A stretch of DNA of 64,000 nt from UHGV virus genome UHGV-2113617. One strand, given 5' to 3'. The notes below the pieces were generated by a model that worked only from the letters and a program-made list of their open reading frames with translations, did not search any database and was not told the origin of the DNA. Shown here one piece after another: positions 18,898 through 27,177 of the stretch. The stretch is from a virus. How positions within the stretch are numbered: the first letter of the stretch is position 1; the number at the start of each line of letters is the position of its first letter. A program made the position numbers and the translations under genes.

Positions 18898-19156
18898 GAA
18901 TTTGTTCTAAAATTTTAGAGTATTCCTTTGTATCAGATTTACGTACAATCGATACACTATAAGGCATACTATCGGTGTCTTTTATAAAGCGTTCCAAATG
19001 ACACTCTAACAAAATTTCTGGGTTATAAATCGTGTACATCAAATTACCTGTTGCTCCACGATATTGACAGATTTCTACTGATTGAGCATCATTCCACAAT
19101 TTTGTTAAGACTAAATCGCCTACTTCTAATTTAGGAAAGCTCATGTTATTCACCAA
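18878..19156 (-). CDS. hypothetical protein
   Basis: 92-aa ORF. Confidence 0.45.
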   Translation of the reverse strand: MVNNMSFPKLEVGDLVLTKLWNDAQSVEICQYRGATGNLMYTIYNPEILLECHLERFIKDTDSMPYSVSIVRKSDTKEYSKILEQIHANKKD

Positions 19157-19331
19157 TTAAAGTTTCAATATAAGAATCAAGATTTACTTTAGCTTCTTCC
19201 ATAAGAGTTTTGTATTTAATCTTATTAGCATGTCCGGAGAAAGCTGATTCATCAATAACTGTTGATGCATGAACAGCTTTACTATACATCTCAATTAATT
19301 CTCTTAATTTAAAAGCCTGCTCACTTGTCAT
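19146..19331 (-). CDS. small helical protein, member of small-paralog set
   Basis: 61 aa, MTSEQAFKLRELIEMYSKAV. Confidence 0.5.
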   Translation of the reverse strand: MTSEQAFKLRELIEMYSKAVHASTVIDESAFSGHANKIKYKTLMEEAKVNLDSYIETLIGE

Positions 19332-19463
19332 TACATGCTCCTTTGAATAATATCAATAATGTTGTTCACCAGATTATAAGTAAACATTGGGTAATTATAT
19401 TGAATCATCACATACACAACAAACAAAACTTTCATTCTCTTCTCCTTGGCAGTTGGCAAGATT

Positions 19464-19493
19464 ACTATACCATAACCTTGCCAACTTGTAAAC
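19464..19493 (-). promoter_or_regulatory. T4-type early promoter
   Basis: GTTTAC, 18 bp, TATAGT. Confidence 0.55.
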
Positions 19494-19495
19494 CA

Positions 19496-19669
19496 TTAAA
19501 TGACGTTTTCAATAAAATTCTGGAGTTTTGTGTGAGCATCAACCATGATTTTCATTTCTTCCTTTGCAAAAGCTATGCCTCTTTCCCTAGAAGAACACTC
19601 ATAGTCAGAAACTGCATTAGCATATTCTTCAATTAGCTTCATTAAAAACATCTGCTTTTCAGTTTTCAT
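19496..19669 (-). CDS. small protein, member of small-paralog set (absent from ORF track, under 60 aa)
   Basis: 57 aa MKTEKQMFLMKLIEEYANAV...; ATG overlaps upstream gene end. Confidence 0.35.
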   Translation of the reverse strand: MKTEKQMFLMKLIEEYANAVSDYECSSRERGIAFAKEEMKIMVDAHTKLQNFIENVI

Positions 19670-19853
19670 TATTCCACCTAATCATTTCAAGATATTGAAC
19701 TAACTTAGCTTTAGATTTATCCAAATCTCTTTTAGCTGCTGCTATACCTTCGTATGAATATCCTTCACAATGCTCAACTGCTAATTGATATGAATCTATT
19801 TCAACATCACGTGCTAATTTAATGATTTTTTCAAACTGTTCGTGTGTCAGCAT
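19659..19853 (-). CDS. small protein, member of small-paralog set
   Basis: 64 aa MLTHEQFEKIIKLARDVE. Confidence 0.5.
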   Translation of the reverse strand: MLTHEQFEKIIKLARDVEIDSYQLAVEHCEGYSYEGIAAAKRDLDKSKAKLVQYLEMIRWNNEN

Positions 19854-19855
19854 AC

Positions 19856-20059
19856 TTAAACTCTCGTATTGTGATCGATAATTTCATCAAGAAACATATC
19901 TAAAGCTTCTACAGCATTATCAACTTTAGCTTCAAATTCTTCAATACCTTTATTTGCAATGCCTGCCGAAAACCAAGCAAAGTCACTAAGTTCCTCATCT
20001 GCTTTGCGAATTAAAGCTACCAATTCTTTAATTTTATCTGCTTGTTCAATACTAATCAT
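19856..20059 (-). CDS. small protein, member of small-paralog set
   Basis: 67 aa from [14 protein letters not shown]; TAATG overlap with upstream gene. Confidence 0.5.
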   Translation of the reverse strand: MISIEQADKIKELVALIRKADEELSDFAWFSAGIANKGIEEFEAKVDNAVEALDMFLDEIIDHNTRV

Positions 20060-20247
20060 TATTCCACCACATATGAAAGAGAGAATATTGCACACGCCAT
20101 ATGAGTTGCAGCTTCATCACACATATCATAACGTTTCTTAAGAAGTTCTTCAAGTTCTTCACTAGTAACATCATCCATGTTGACGAAAAAATCACCATTA
20201 ATGATGACGTAGATATTTCCTTCTTGATTAAGTGCTTCAATTTTCAT
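20059..20247 (-). CDS. hypothetical small acidic protein
   Basis: 62 aa from MKIEAL, GAGGAGAA RBS. Confidence 0.5.
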   Translation of the reverse strand: MKIEALNQEGNIYVIINGDFFVNMDDVTSEELEELLKKRYDMCDEAATHMACAIFSLSYVVE

Positions 20248-20275
20248 GATGTTCTCCTCTTTATCCGATAGTTGT

Positions 20276-20305
20276 ATAGTATCACAGCTCAAATGGAAAG
20301 TAAAC
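20276..20305 (-). promoter_or_regulatory. T4-type early promoter
   Basis: GTTTAC, 18 bp, TACTAT. Confidence 0.6.
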
Positions 20306-20321
20306 CGGTAAAATGAAAAAA

Positions 20322-20337
20322 GTCTCCCGAAGGAGAC
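20322..20337 (-). terminator. rho-independent terminator
   Basis: GTCTCC-TTCG-GGAGAC then TTTTTT on minus strand. Confidence 0.6.
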
Positions 20338-20342
20338 TAATG

Positions 20343-20729
20343 CTATTCGAGGGAAAGAAGATACTTACTTTGGTAAAACATTCCAGTAATATCATCTATC
20401 GTGCTTTGAATGGCTGGAGGCATTTCTTTGTAAATGCTGTTAGATTGGTCTAGTATACGATCAATCATTTTAATTGTGTCGGTAGGAAGTTTACTAGCAT
20501 CTGGAATTGAAGGTGTGTATTTTCTACCAGAATACCCCAAATATTGCTCACCAAATTTATCAATCAAATCTGGCAACTCAGAGAAAATAAAATCGTATGC
20601 TTTGTGTCTAGCATAACTTTTAGTTTCAAAATGCGCAGAATGAAAATAAGCTTGTGCAGCCATTAATAAACCTAAGTATTCATCTGCCTTTGAAGGTTTT
20701 CCACTTTGTGAAAAGTCGCTGAATTTCAT
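20343..20729 (-). CDS. hypothetical protein (T4 rI.-1 position)
   Basis: 128-aa ORF overlapping rI stop. Confidence 0.6.
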   Translation of the reverse strand: MKFSDFSQSGKPSKADEYLGLLMAAQAYFHSAHFETKSYARHKAYDFIFSELPDLIDKFGEQYLGYSGRKYTPSIPDASKLPTDTIKMIDRILDQSNSIYKEMPPAIQSTIDDITGMFYQSKYLLSLE

Positions 20730-21019
20730 TCAGTCTCCAATTTAATGTTCATAATTCTAGCGTATGATTGTGCCATCTCCGCGCCTCGTTCTATACATTC
20801 AAAATCGGAAGAGCACGGGTCATTTTTATAGGTCGTTCGCATAAAACTATAGAACTGTTCAGATGATTCTACGCTTTTATTTTCAAAAAGCATATAAACA
20901 TGTCTAATACCAGATTCCATAAATTTATCAAAATGAGGATCGACATTCGCTTCAATTGGTGGAGATAAAGCAAACGCTAATCCTAGCATGGCAAATAATG
21001 CCGTTGCTTTTAAGGCCAT
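20726..21019 (-). CDS. rI: lysis-inhibition regulator rI
   Basis: 97 aa with N-terminal signal-anchor MALKATALFAMLGLAFALS; matches T4 rI as recalled. Confidence 0.8.
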   Translation of the reverse strand: MALKATALFAMLGLAFALSPPIEANVDPHFDKFMESGIRHVYMLFENKSVESSEQFYSFMRTTYKNDPCSSDFECIERGAEMAQSYARIMNIKLETE

Positions 21020-21031
21020 AAAGGCCTCCTA

Positions 21032-21244
21032 TCATTTTTGTCCTGTATTTACTTTATGCCGATGCACGGCCTTAACTTTATCAAGGCATTTTTCAAAATT
21101 TCGCAATCTAGTATAGTCTGCCGGAGATTGGTTGAGTGATACTTCTCGACGCAAAGCTGAAATGATATTTCCAACTTCCCTACGAATTTCATCTAATTGA
21201 AGAACAGTAAGATTGCGAAGTTGCTTTTCAGTTAATTGTAGCAT
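21032..21244 (-). CDS. hypothetical protein
   Basis: 70-aa ORF. Confidence 0.5.
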   Translation of the reverse strand: MLQLTEKQLRNLTVLQLDEIRREVGNIISALRREVSLNQSPADYTRLRNFEKCLDKVKAVHRHKVNTGQK

Positions 21245-21286
21245 ATATACCCCTTTAGTTAGATAAACCTATTTATAACTTTTGCA

Positions 21287-21868
21287 CTAACCGAGCTTTT
21301 TAGTTAATTCATTCCAATGTTTTCTACACAAAGAAACATAAATTTCATCACCAATACAGATTTGATTACCTTCTTTAACTGGCGTTCCATCTTCCATTAA
21401 TCGAGCTGTCATAATCGCTTTTTTACCGCAATGACAAACTGCCTTTAGTTCAATAAGTTTATCTGCAATCGCCAAAAGTTCTTTAGAACCTTCAAATAAT
21501 TTTCCAGCGAAATCAGTCCTTAGACCATAAGCCATAACAGGAACATTATATGCATCGACAATTCGGCTTAATTGATGTACCTGTTCAGTTTTTAAAAACT
21601 GAGCTTCATCTACAAATACGCAATGAATATCTTTTTGTGCTTCAGCCCATTTATAGAACTCAAAAATATCCATATCATCCGTAATAATATTCGCTTCCTG
21701 CTTAATTCCAATGCGAGAAACGACTTCACAGACAGAATCGCGAGTATCAATAGCAGGCTTAAGAACTAATACACTCATTCCACGTTCTTTATAATTATGC
21801 GCAGCAGTCAAAAGAGAAGCAGATTTTCCAGCATTCATTGCTGCATAAGTAAAAATTAAACTCGCCAT
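21287..21868 (-). CDS. tk: thymidine kinase
   Basis: 193 aa, P-loop AAMNAGKS, C-terminal CxxC pairs. Confidence 0.9.
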   Translation of the reverse strand: MASLIFTYAAMNAGKSASLLTAAHNYKERGMSVLVLKPAIDTRDSVCEVVSRIGIKQEANIITDDMDIFEFYKWAEAQKDIHCVFVDEAQFLKTEQVHQLSRIVDAYNVPVMAYGLRTDFAGKLFEGSKELLAIADKLIELKAVCHCGKKAIMTARLMEDGTPVKEGNQICIGDEIYVSLCRKHWNELTKKLG

Positions 21869-21877
21869 ATCACCTTC

Positions 21878-22063
21878 TTAAAGCGTATTCACATAAGCTA
21901 TTAATTCGTTTTCTTTCTTATCAAACCGATCAGCAAATTCTTCCTGGTGTTCGGGAGATAGCGGGCCGTATTCATCATAAAAGGTGTTTGCTTCTGTATG
22001 CTCATCTAGAAGTTCATGGATAAGCTCAAACAATTTATCTTTTTGTTCTTTACTCAGACTCAT
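21878..22063 (-). CDS. hypothetical small protein
   Basis: 61-aa ORF. Confidence 0.5.
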   Translation of the reverse strand: MSLSKEQKDKLFELIHELLDEHTEANTFYDEYGPLSPEHQEEFADRFDKKENELIAYVNTL

Positions 22064-22233
22064 ATATTAATTTCCAGAAGTTTTAAAATAATTCGCTTTT
22101 GCTTAAATATTTCCATAGTTAAATGATCAGTATCTTTTTGACCAATTCCAATGGCAAAACCTTTATTAACAGCGAGTTCAATTAAATTATCAAGTTCACG
22201 TAACACTTCATATTGTAACTCAAAACTATTCAT
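22060..22233 (-). CDS. hypothetical small protein (absent from ORF track)
   Basis: 57-aa ORF MNSFELQYEVLRELDNL..., start/stop coupled to neighbours. Confidence 0.35.
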   Translation of the reverse strand: MNSFELQYEVLRELDNLIELAVNKGFAIGIGQKDTDHLTMEIFKQKRIILKLLEINI

Positions 22234-22442
22234 TTTGGTTTACCTTCTTTAACGAAATCAGGATAAGGATAAAATCCTGAATAAAATCCTTCGCCTTTAT
22301 GATTGATGCATCCTTTATTAGAGCAATAGCACCAATAATCGAAATCACAAGCCATTTCATCATTGCATAAAGCAAAAACAACTGGCCATTTACACTTTTC
22401 ACAATGTGCATTTTTAAGAATGCTAGTTTGGCTCATAACCAT
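22230..22442 (-). CDS. cysteine-rich small protein (putative zinc binding)
   Basis: about 70 aa with HCEKCKW...CNDEMACDFDYWCYCSNKGC. Confidence 0.45.
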   Translation of the reverse strand: MVMSQTSILKNAHCEKCKWPVVFALCNDEMACDFDYWCYCSNKGCINHKGEGFYSGFYPYPDFVKEGKPK

Positions 22443-22645
22443 GTAACCTTTAAGCAATATTCTTCTACATGCTGTTTACGACCTTTCTTATCAATAAAGG
22501 TATATTCAACGAATGTTCCAATATAGTCTTTATCTACATCATGTGGACTATTAATTGGGCATTTAGTACGGCAAATGCGTTCCCATTGACGAATAATTTC
22601 CACTTTGTTTTTAGGATCAAACGGATGCGGGTAATGTGCTTTCAT
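22433..22645 (-). CDS. hypothetical protein
   Basis: 70-aa ORF. Confidence 0.45.
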   Translation of the reverse strand: MKAHYPHPFDPKNKVEIIRQWERICRTKCPINSPHDVDKDYIGTFVEYTFIDKKGRKQHVEEYCLKVTWL

Positions 22646-23096
22646 AATCCACCACTATTAAATCAATATCAGGAGTAAACATGTCGATTAATTTAGAAAC
22701 CTTATCCCAATCACCGCCAGCAATACCACAACCTATGCGTGGAATGTAAATTACTGGTTTAAACAAAAGGGTTTCTGCCTGTAGATTTAATTCTATCATG
22801 CAGTTTACTAAAGCACCATAATCAAGATTAGGACCCGGTTCGTATTGTGTATACAGGTTATAGCATATACCAAATCCCGTAGGATTATGTTTAAAAACAA
22901 TAGACATATCGCCTAGTTTATCACGAGAACCGTACTCAGTAGTGGTTTTATCTATTTCTAAAATTTTAGGATAGGCCCTTGCTAATTGACCTGCTACACC
23001 TGAACCCATAGTATGAAAACAATTGCATCCGTGCGCAATAATATTACCTTGAAGAAATAGGGCGACAATATCGCCCTTGATATATTTTACAATCAT
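22617..23096 (-). CDS. macro-domain protein (ADP-ribose binding/hydrolase fold)
   Basis: 159 aa; GDIV...HGCNC...GSGVAGQLARA and C-terminal PRIGCGIAGG resemble macro-domain signature. Confidence 0.6.
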   Translation of the reverse strand: MIVKYIKGDIVALFLQGNIIAHGCNCFHTMGSGVAGQLARAYPKILEIDKTTTEYGSRDKLGDMSIVFKHNPTGFGICYNLYTQYEPGPNLDYGALVNCMIELNLQAETLLFKPVIYIPRIGCGIAGGDWDKVSKLIDMFTPDIDLIVVDYESTLPASV

Positions 23097-23434
23097 CTAG
23101 TACTCAATCCTCGATTATAAGAATCTACCAAACGGTCAACCATTGAATGACAAGCGGCTTTATCTTTCTCCTCCGCAACTGAACATTCTAAGGTATTCCA
23201 CTTTTTAGCATATCGTTTTAATAAAGTATCATTTTTGTATCTGCTTGATTTATCTCTTTCTCCGTCTTTATATGCATATATTAATTTCTGCGCAAATTCA
23301 GCTTGACATGCTTTATTTTTCCCACAATAATCTGCGGCAGTACGGTTTACATACTCTCTAATTTCAGTGTATGATGTATTTGCTAACGCAGAAAATGAAA
23401 TTAATCCTACACATAAAACCAAAATTTTAGTCAT
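23093..23434 (-). CDS. secreted cysteine-containing protein
   Basis: 113 aa, signal peptide MTKILVLCVGLISFSALA, four Cys in mature part. Confidence 0.6.
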   Translation of the reverse strand: MTKILVLCVGLISFSALANTSYTEIREYVNRTAADYCGKNKACQAEFAQKLIYAYKDGERDKSSRYKNDTLLKRYAKKWNTLECSVAEEKDKAACHSMVDRLVDSYNRGLSTR

Positions 23435-23972
23435 TTACTATTTCCAACAGTTTATTATTTTTAAGGTAGTTAGCCTTTTCTAGGACTTCAGAAGCATATT
23501 TAGAACCTGCTTTAACATTCCATCCCGAATTATAAGAGGATATTGCCTTTCTTATATCGCCCTTATGTATATTTAACCAATAAGAAAGTTCAATGTACGC
23601 CCAGGAAGCTGAATTGGACCGTTTATTCAACATTCTTTTTATTTCAGCATCGGTCATATTATAACCAAGTTCCTTAACTCTTGCTCGCATGGTCGGCAAA
23701 TAATTTTGGAACATTCCATAGGCATGATGCTTTGGTTTAGATTTTAAATTAACTCCGGCAGAGCTTTCTTGCCATAAAATAGCAGCCATTATATGACCTA
23801 ATCCACTCTTGTGGATATTTTTGTGTGTTTTATATTTTCCATCCTTAGAAAATTGTTCCCCGAATTGATATGCGTAACGCATGTTATCGAGTTGGACATT
23901 ACTGAAAGTATGCTCGGAGCTATGTGCCATCATTGAAATGGCCAATAGACCAGCGAGTAGTGCTTTTCTCAT
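23427..23972 (-). CDS. secreted lytic-transglycosylase-like protein
   Basis: 181 aa, signal peptide; motifs ES, GMFQ, YNSG match family-1 lytic transglycosylase motifs. Confidence 0.6.
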   Translation of the reverse strand: MRKALLAGLLAISMMAHSSEHTFSNVQLDNMRYAYQFGEQFSKDGKYKTHKNIHKSGLGHIMAAILWQESSAGVNLKSKPKHHAYGMFQNYLPTMRARVKELGYNMTDAEIKRMLNKRSNSASWAYIELSYWLNIHKGDIRKAISSYNSGWNVKAGSKYASEVLEKANYLKNNKLLEIVND

Positions 23973-23979
23973 GCTTACC

Positions 23980-24441
23980 TCATTGAGTTTTAATTACTGC
24001 TTTAGAAGCCTTTCCTGGTAAACGACGACTGTTGATAATTGCCATCCTGCACTGAAGTGACGGGTCTTTGAACTTCTCGTTAGGTTTACAAACTGTAAAT
24101 CCAAGCCAAAGATTTCCATCTGTGATTTCTAAACGCCCAGGACGATATTCAACCCCATCAATAAAATCCTCATTAATGTCAGGACGCGGAGGCATACTCA
24201 GGAATTCATTAACTTCTAAAACATGGTCTTTTATTTTGTGGAATAATTCAAAAACATATGTCTCATCAATCTCCCGTTGAATTGCACGATCAAGAAGATG
24301 CTGAGAATATTTTAGATGAAACGATGAGACCCCTGCTGCTTTTGATGCCTCACGAATCTCATTGTTAATTTGACGAAACTCCGACTCAAAGTGACGACGG
24401 AGCTTATTTCGACGGATAAAAACTTCTGTGTTGATAGTCAT
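23980..24441 (-). CDS. regB: RegB-like sequence-specific endoribonuclease
   Basis: 153 aa in the regB position; identity from memory. Confidence 0.55.
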   Translation of the reverse strand: MTINTEVFIRRNKLRRHFESEFRQINNEIREASKAAGVSSFHLKYSQHLLDRAIQREIDETYVFELFHKIKDHVLEVNEFLSMPPRPDINEDFIDGVEYRPGRLEITDGNLWLGFTVCKPNEKFKDPSLQCRMAIINSRRLPGKASKAVIKTQ

Positions 24442-24468
24442 GTTATTCTCCTCTTAACTGATAGAAAA

Positions 24469-24498
24469 ATTATACCACAGTCAAGAGGAAAAGTAAAC
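24469..24498 (-). promoter_or_regulatory. T4-type early promoter
   Basis: GTTTAC, 18 bp, TATAAT. Confidence 0.6.
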
Positions 24499-24500
24499 AA

Positions 24501-24779
24501 TTATTCTTTAAATCTAATCAATTTATTCATAGACTTTGTAACTTCTGCACGAACCTCATGTAGGTTTTTGAGTTGCTCAAGACGCTGCTCATAGTAAGCA
24601 ATTTCATCTTCTTCGAGACAGTCCTGTGAATCTTCTTTAAGATAGCGTGCATAGTCCTGGAAAGCGTTACGGACTACTTCCTGGAAGTCATCAAGACTTT
24701 GAATTTTCTTAGGAGCAACAGATACACGACGAGGGGCAGTATAATACTCATAACCAAACCCTGCGCTTAATTGGGCCAT
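24501..24779 (-). CDS. hypothetical protein
   Basis: 92 aa from MAQLSAGF; TAATG coupling to upstream gene. Confidence 0.5.
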   Translation of the reverse strand: MAQLSAGFGYEYYTAPRRVSVAPKKIQSLDDFQEVVRNAFQDYARYLKEDSQDCLEEDEIAYYEQRLEQLKNLHEVRAEVTKSMNKLIRFKE

Positions 24780-25045
24780 TAATATTTTTCCTCTGGTTGG
24801 AACACAGCACGACAAGCCCACATACTGGCTTCTTTGAGTTTCGTTTTAGCAATAGTTAACTGATCGAGACTTTCAGCATAATTCTTCGCGAATTCGCAGT
24901 CTTCACAATTATCTAGTGCTTCCCAGAATTCATCATATAAAGCATCAAAGATAAGCCCTAAACGAACTTCAGCATCTTTGATAGCATTCACTTTACCGAT
25001 TTTCTCTTCAGTATGTGGCTTATAACCCTTAATATCTTCAATCAT
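24779..25045 (-). CDS. hypothetical small helical protein (vs.4/Acb2 position, unverified)
   Basis: 88-aa ORF; assignment by synteny only. Confidence 0.45.
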   Translation of the reverse strand: MIEDIKGYKPHTEEKIGKVNAIKDAEVRLGLIFDALYDEFWEALDNCEDCEFAKNYAESLDQLTIAKTKLKEASMWACRAVFQPEEKY

Positions 25046-25259
25046 ATTTTACTTCCTCACCAGTACCTAAATCATATTCAACTAAACGAATAGGTTCATG
25101 AATGCCATATCCCTGAACAGAAATTTCTGTCGTAGGATAAATTCCATCAATATCACCCATATTCCATGCTTCATTAAATTGCTGTTCGCCTGAATTACTA
25201 AACCACTCGGCGAAAGCATTTAGCACATCTTCAGAACCTTCAATAATTATCTTTGCCAT
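25038..25259 (-). CDS. hypothetical acidic protein
   Basis: 73-aa ORF. Confidence 0.5.
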   Translation of the reverse strand: MAKIIIEGSEDVLNAFAEWFSNSGEQQFNEAWNMGDIDGIYPTTEISVQGYGIHEPIRLVEYDLGTGEEVKYD

Positions 25260-25621
25260 TACAGACTCTCGGTAAAGGTACGAGCGATAACGTCGCGCTG
25301 CTGTTCCGGAGTCAGAGAGTTAAAGCGAACTGCATAACCGGATACACGGATGGTCAGCTGCGGATATTTTTCCGGATGCTTAACTGCATCTTCCAGAGTT
25401 TCGCGACGCAGAACGTTAACGTTCAGGTGTTGACCACCCTCGATTTTAACTGTAGGTTGTGTTTCAATTTCAATTTCACGGGCATGCAAACCATAGAAAA
25501 TTTCTGGGTCTACAAAAGAGTCCTCTTTAAAAGTTTTAGAGACAATAATTCTTGCTTGAATACCGTCTTCAAAATAAATAGTACCTTTATGCGTGCCTTC
25601 AAGAATTTGATATGCTTTCAT
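25259..25621 (-). CDS. autonomous glycyl-radical cofactor (GrcA/YfiD-like)
   Basis: 120 aa from MKAYQ; C-terminal ...[29 protein letters not shown] glycyl-radical motif; 3' half GC-rich and host-like. Confidence 0.85.
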   Translation of the reverse strand: MKAYQILEGTHKGTIYFEDGIQARIIVSKTFKEDSFVDPEIFYGLHAREIEIETQPTVKIEGGQHLNVNVLRRETLEDAVKHPEKYPQLTIRVSGYAVRFNSLTPEQQRDVIARTFTESL

Positions 25622-25629
25622 ATAACCTC

Positions 25630-25959
25630 TCAATTAGAAAATAAATTTATCCAAGACTGTTCTTTAATTAAAAATGGCTCAGAATCATATGCCATTAAAC
25701 TTTGGGTGATTAGTCCTTTAAAAGGTCCATCAATAAATTCCATGGTAAAATATGGAATTTTATTCATTAATCTTGCATTAGGAGCAGTACACAAAACTCT
25801 GCATCCTTTGAATACGCCTTTTTGTAATTTGTATTGCTTAGGATAAAATTCGCTCAAGACGTTGTTATTTGCCAAAATTTCAAAATGATTCACCAATTTA
25901 TTTTTAATAGTTTTTGGCGAAAAATAAAGATATTCGAAAAGCTGCGTGTCTGTCATCAT
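25630..25959 (-). CDS. hypothetical protein
   Basis: about 109 aa from MMTDTQ. Confidence 0.5.
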   Translation of the reverse strand: MMTDTQLFEYLYFSPKTIKNKLVNHFEILANNNVLSEFYPKQYKLQKGVFKGCRVLCTAPNARLMNKIPYFTMEFIDGPFKGLITQSLMAYDSEPFLIKEQSWINLFSN

Positions 25960-26495
25960 TGCATTCCGATTACGAAAAACTGCGGACGAGTAATACCACC
26001 GATGCAACAATTACTATTGCAGCAGTGTTGTACAGTGTCAATATGGACGCTATAAATCTTATCCATATCAGGAGATTTAACAGGCTCATCGATTATATAC
26101 AAAATCCGCGAAAGCGATAAACCTCTGAACTTGCTTCCTTTATTACCGATAAAACTACGGACAGAATCGGTAAATAAACGAAAACGTATACCATCATTAG
26201 AATAACGCGAAAATTCCTTTTTAATGTTATTTGCAGAAATTTTAGCGTAAGCTGAAGTATTAGAAAGAACAATAACTGTTCCACCGTCATACAACCAATT
26301 AGCGGCAAAATTAGTTACTGCAGTTGATTTACCGGATTGACGTCCACCATCTAGTCGAAGTGTGCAATACTGCTTAAGTAAGTCTTCAAATGGCGGGATA
26401 TATTCGTTTTTACAAATTTCTTCTACTCTAGCATCAGAATGGTGTGTAAAAGCATTCATCAGGGATAGATAAGGACCAGTTAAAAATGTTCTCAT
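25956..26495 (-). CDS. small P-loop NTPase
   Basis: 179 aa from MRTF (GAGAGAATAAA RBS); Walker A GGRQSGKST, Walker B ILYIIDEP. Confidence 0.55.
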   Translation of the reverse strand: MRTFLTGPYLSLMNAFTHHSDARVEEICKNEYIPPFEDLLKQYCTLRLDGGRQSGKSTAVTNFAANWLYDGGTVIVLSNTSAYAKISANNIKKEFSRYSNDGIRFRLFTDSVRSFIGNKGSKFRGLSLSRILYIIDEPVKSPDMDKIYSVHIDTVQHCCNSNCCIGGITRPQFFVIGMQ

Positions 26496-26510
26496 TTTAT
26501 TCTCTCTAAA

Positions 26511-26579
26511 TTTGGGCCATTCCATGGCGCATGAATTGTCCATTTCTGTATTTACCCATTACCGCACTTGGGCTCGACC
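26511..26579 (-). repeat. 5' UTR element copy A (degenerate)
   Basis: about 75% identical to 27107-27176; TTTGGG(C/A)CA...GCATGAATTGTCC...ATTACCG. Confidence 0.6.
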
Positions 26580-26734
26580 TTATTACAGGTTGGCGGGAAT
26601 CCCTCACAGAATCATGAGGTCCAGCTTGTTCCCATGTTATTTGAATGTAAATATTTTTGCCTTAATACTTATACCAGTGTGGCTTCGTTAAAATTTTTCA
26701 TCGAGTCATTTTACCTCTCCAAGTAATTATGAAT

Positions 26735-26764
26735 ATACTATCACAATTTTAGGAGAAAGTAAAC
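26735..26764 (-). promoter_or_regulatory. T4-type early promoter
   Basis: GTTTAC, 18 bp, TAGTAT. Confidence 0.6.
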
Positions 26765-26766
26765 TG

Positions 26767-27069
26767 TTATTTACCTTTAATTACTTTAGCTGCTTCGATA
26801 GCCGCTTGCTGAAGGTCATCCATAGACATACCGAATTTAGAAGCAAAGTTATCAATTTTCTTTTCGACAGCATTCAAAGGCTTGGCCTGTTTACCTTCAT
26901 TAGCGCCAGGAAGAGCGAGAATACGTTCTTTGTCAATATAAAGGCTTACAAGTTTCTTACGGTCTTTATCGGACAAATCATGAAATGAATGGGCCTTTTT
27001 ATTTATAGCGGCTTCTAATTTACCTGCACTCACTCGCGCTTCAGTAATAAATTCTTGATATGTTTTCAT
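26767..27069 (-). CDS. ipII: internal head protein II
   Basis: 100 aa, N-terminal capsid-targeting sequence MKTYQEFITEA. Confidence 0.75.
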   Translation of the reverse strand: MKTYQEFITEARVSAGKLEAAINKKAHSFHDLSDKDRKKLVSLYIDKERILALPGANEGKQAKPLNAVEKKIDNFASKFGMSMDDLQQAAIEAAKVIKGK

Positions 27070-27106
27070 ATGTTTCCTTTAAATGTAAATAGTTTTATTC
27101 TTTAAG

Positions 27107-27176
27107 TTTGGGACAATTCGCACGCATGAATTGTCCGTTTCTATATTTATCTATTACCGGGTTCGAACTCGGCTTT
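27107..27176 (-). repeat. 5' UTR element copy B with perfect hairpin
   Basis: GGACAATTC-8 nt-GAATTGTCC inverted repeat (27111-27136) plus CCGGGTTCGAACTCGG palindrome. Confidence 0.6.
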
Positions 27177-27177
27177 A

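Noticed and set aside
25253-25846. 197-aa plus-strand ORF
   Set aside because: Antisense to the GrcA-like gene and neighbour in a uniformly minus-strand early region; no RBS or promoter; read as an artefact of the opposite-strand coding sequence.
26093-26308. 71-aa minus-strand ORF inside the P-loop gene
   Set aside because: Alternative frame nested within a better-supported gene.
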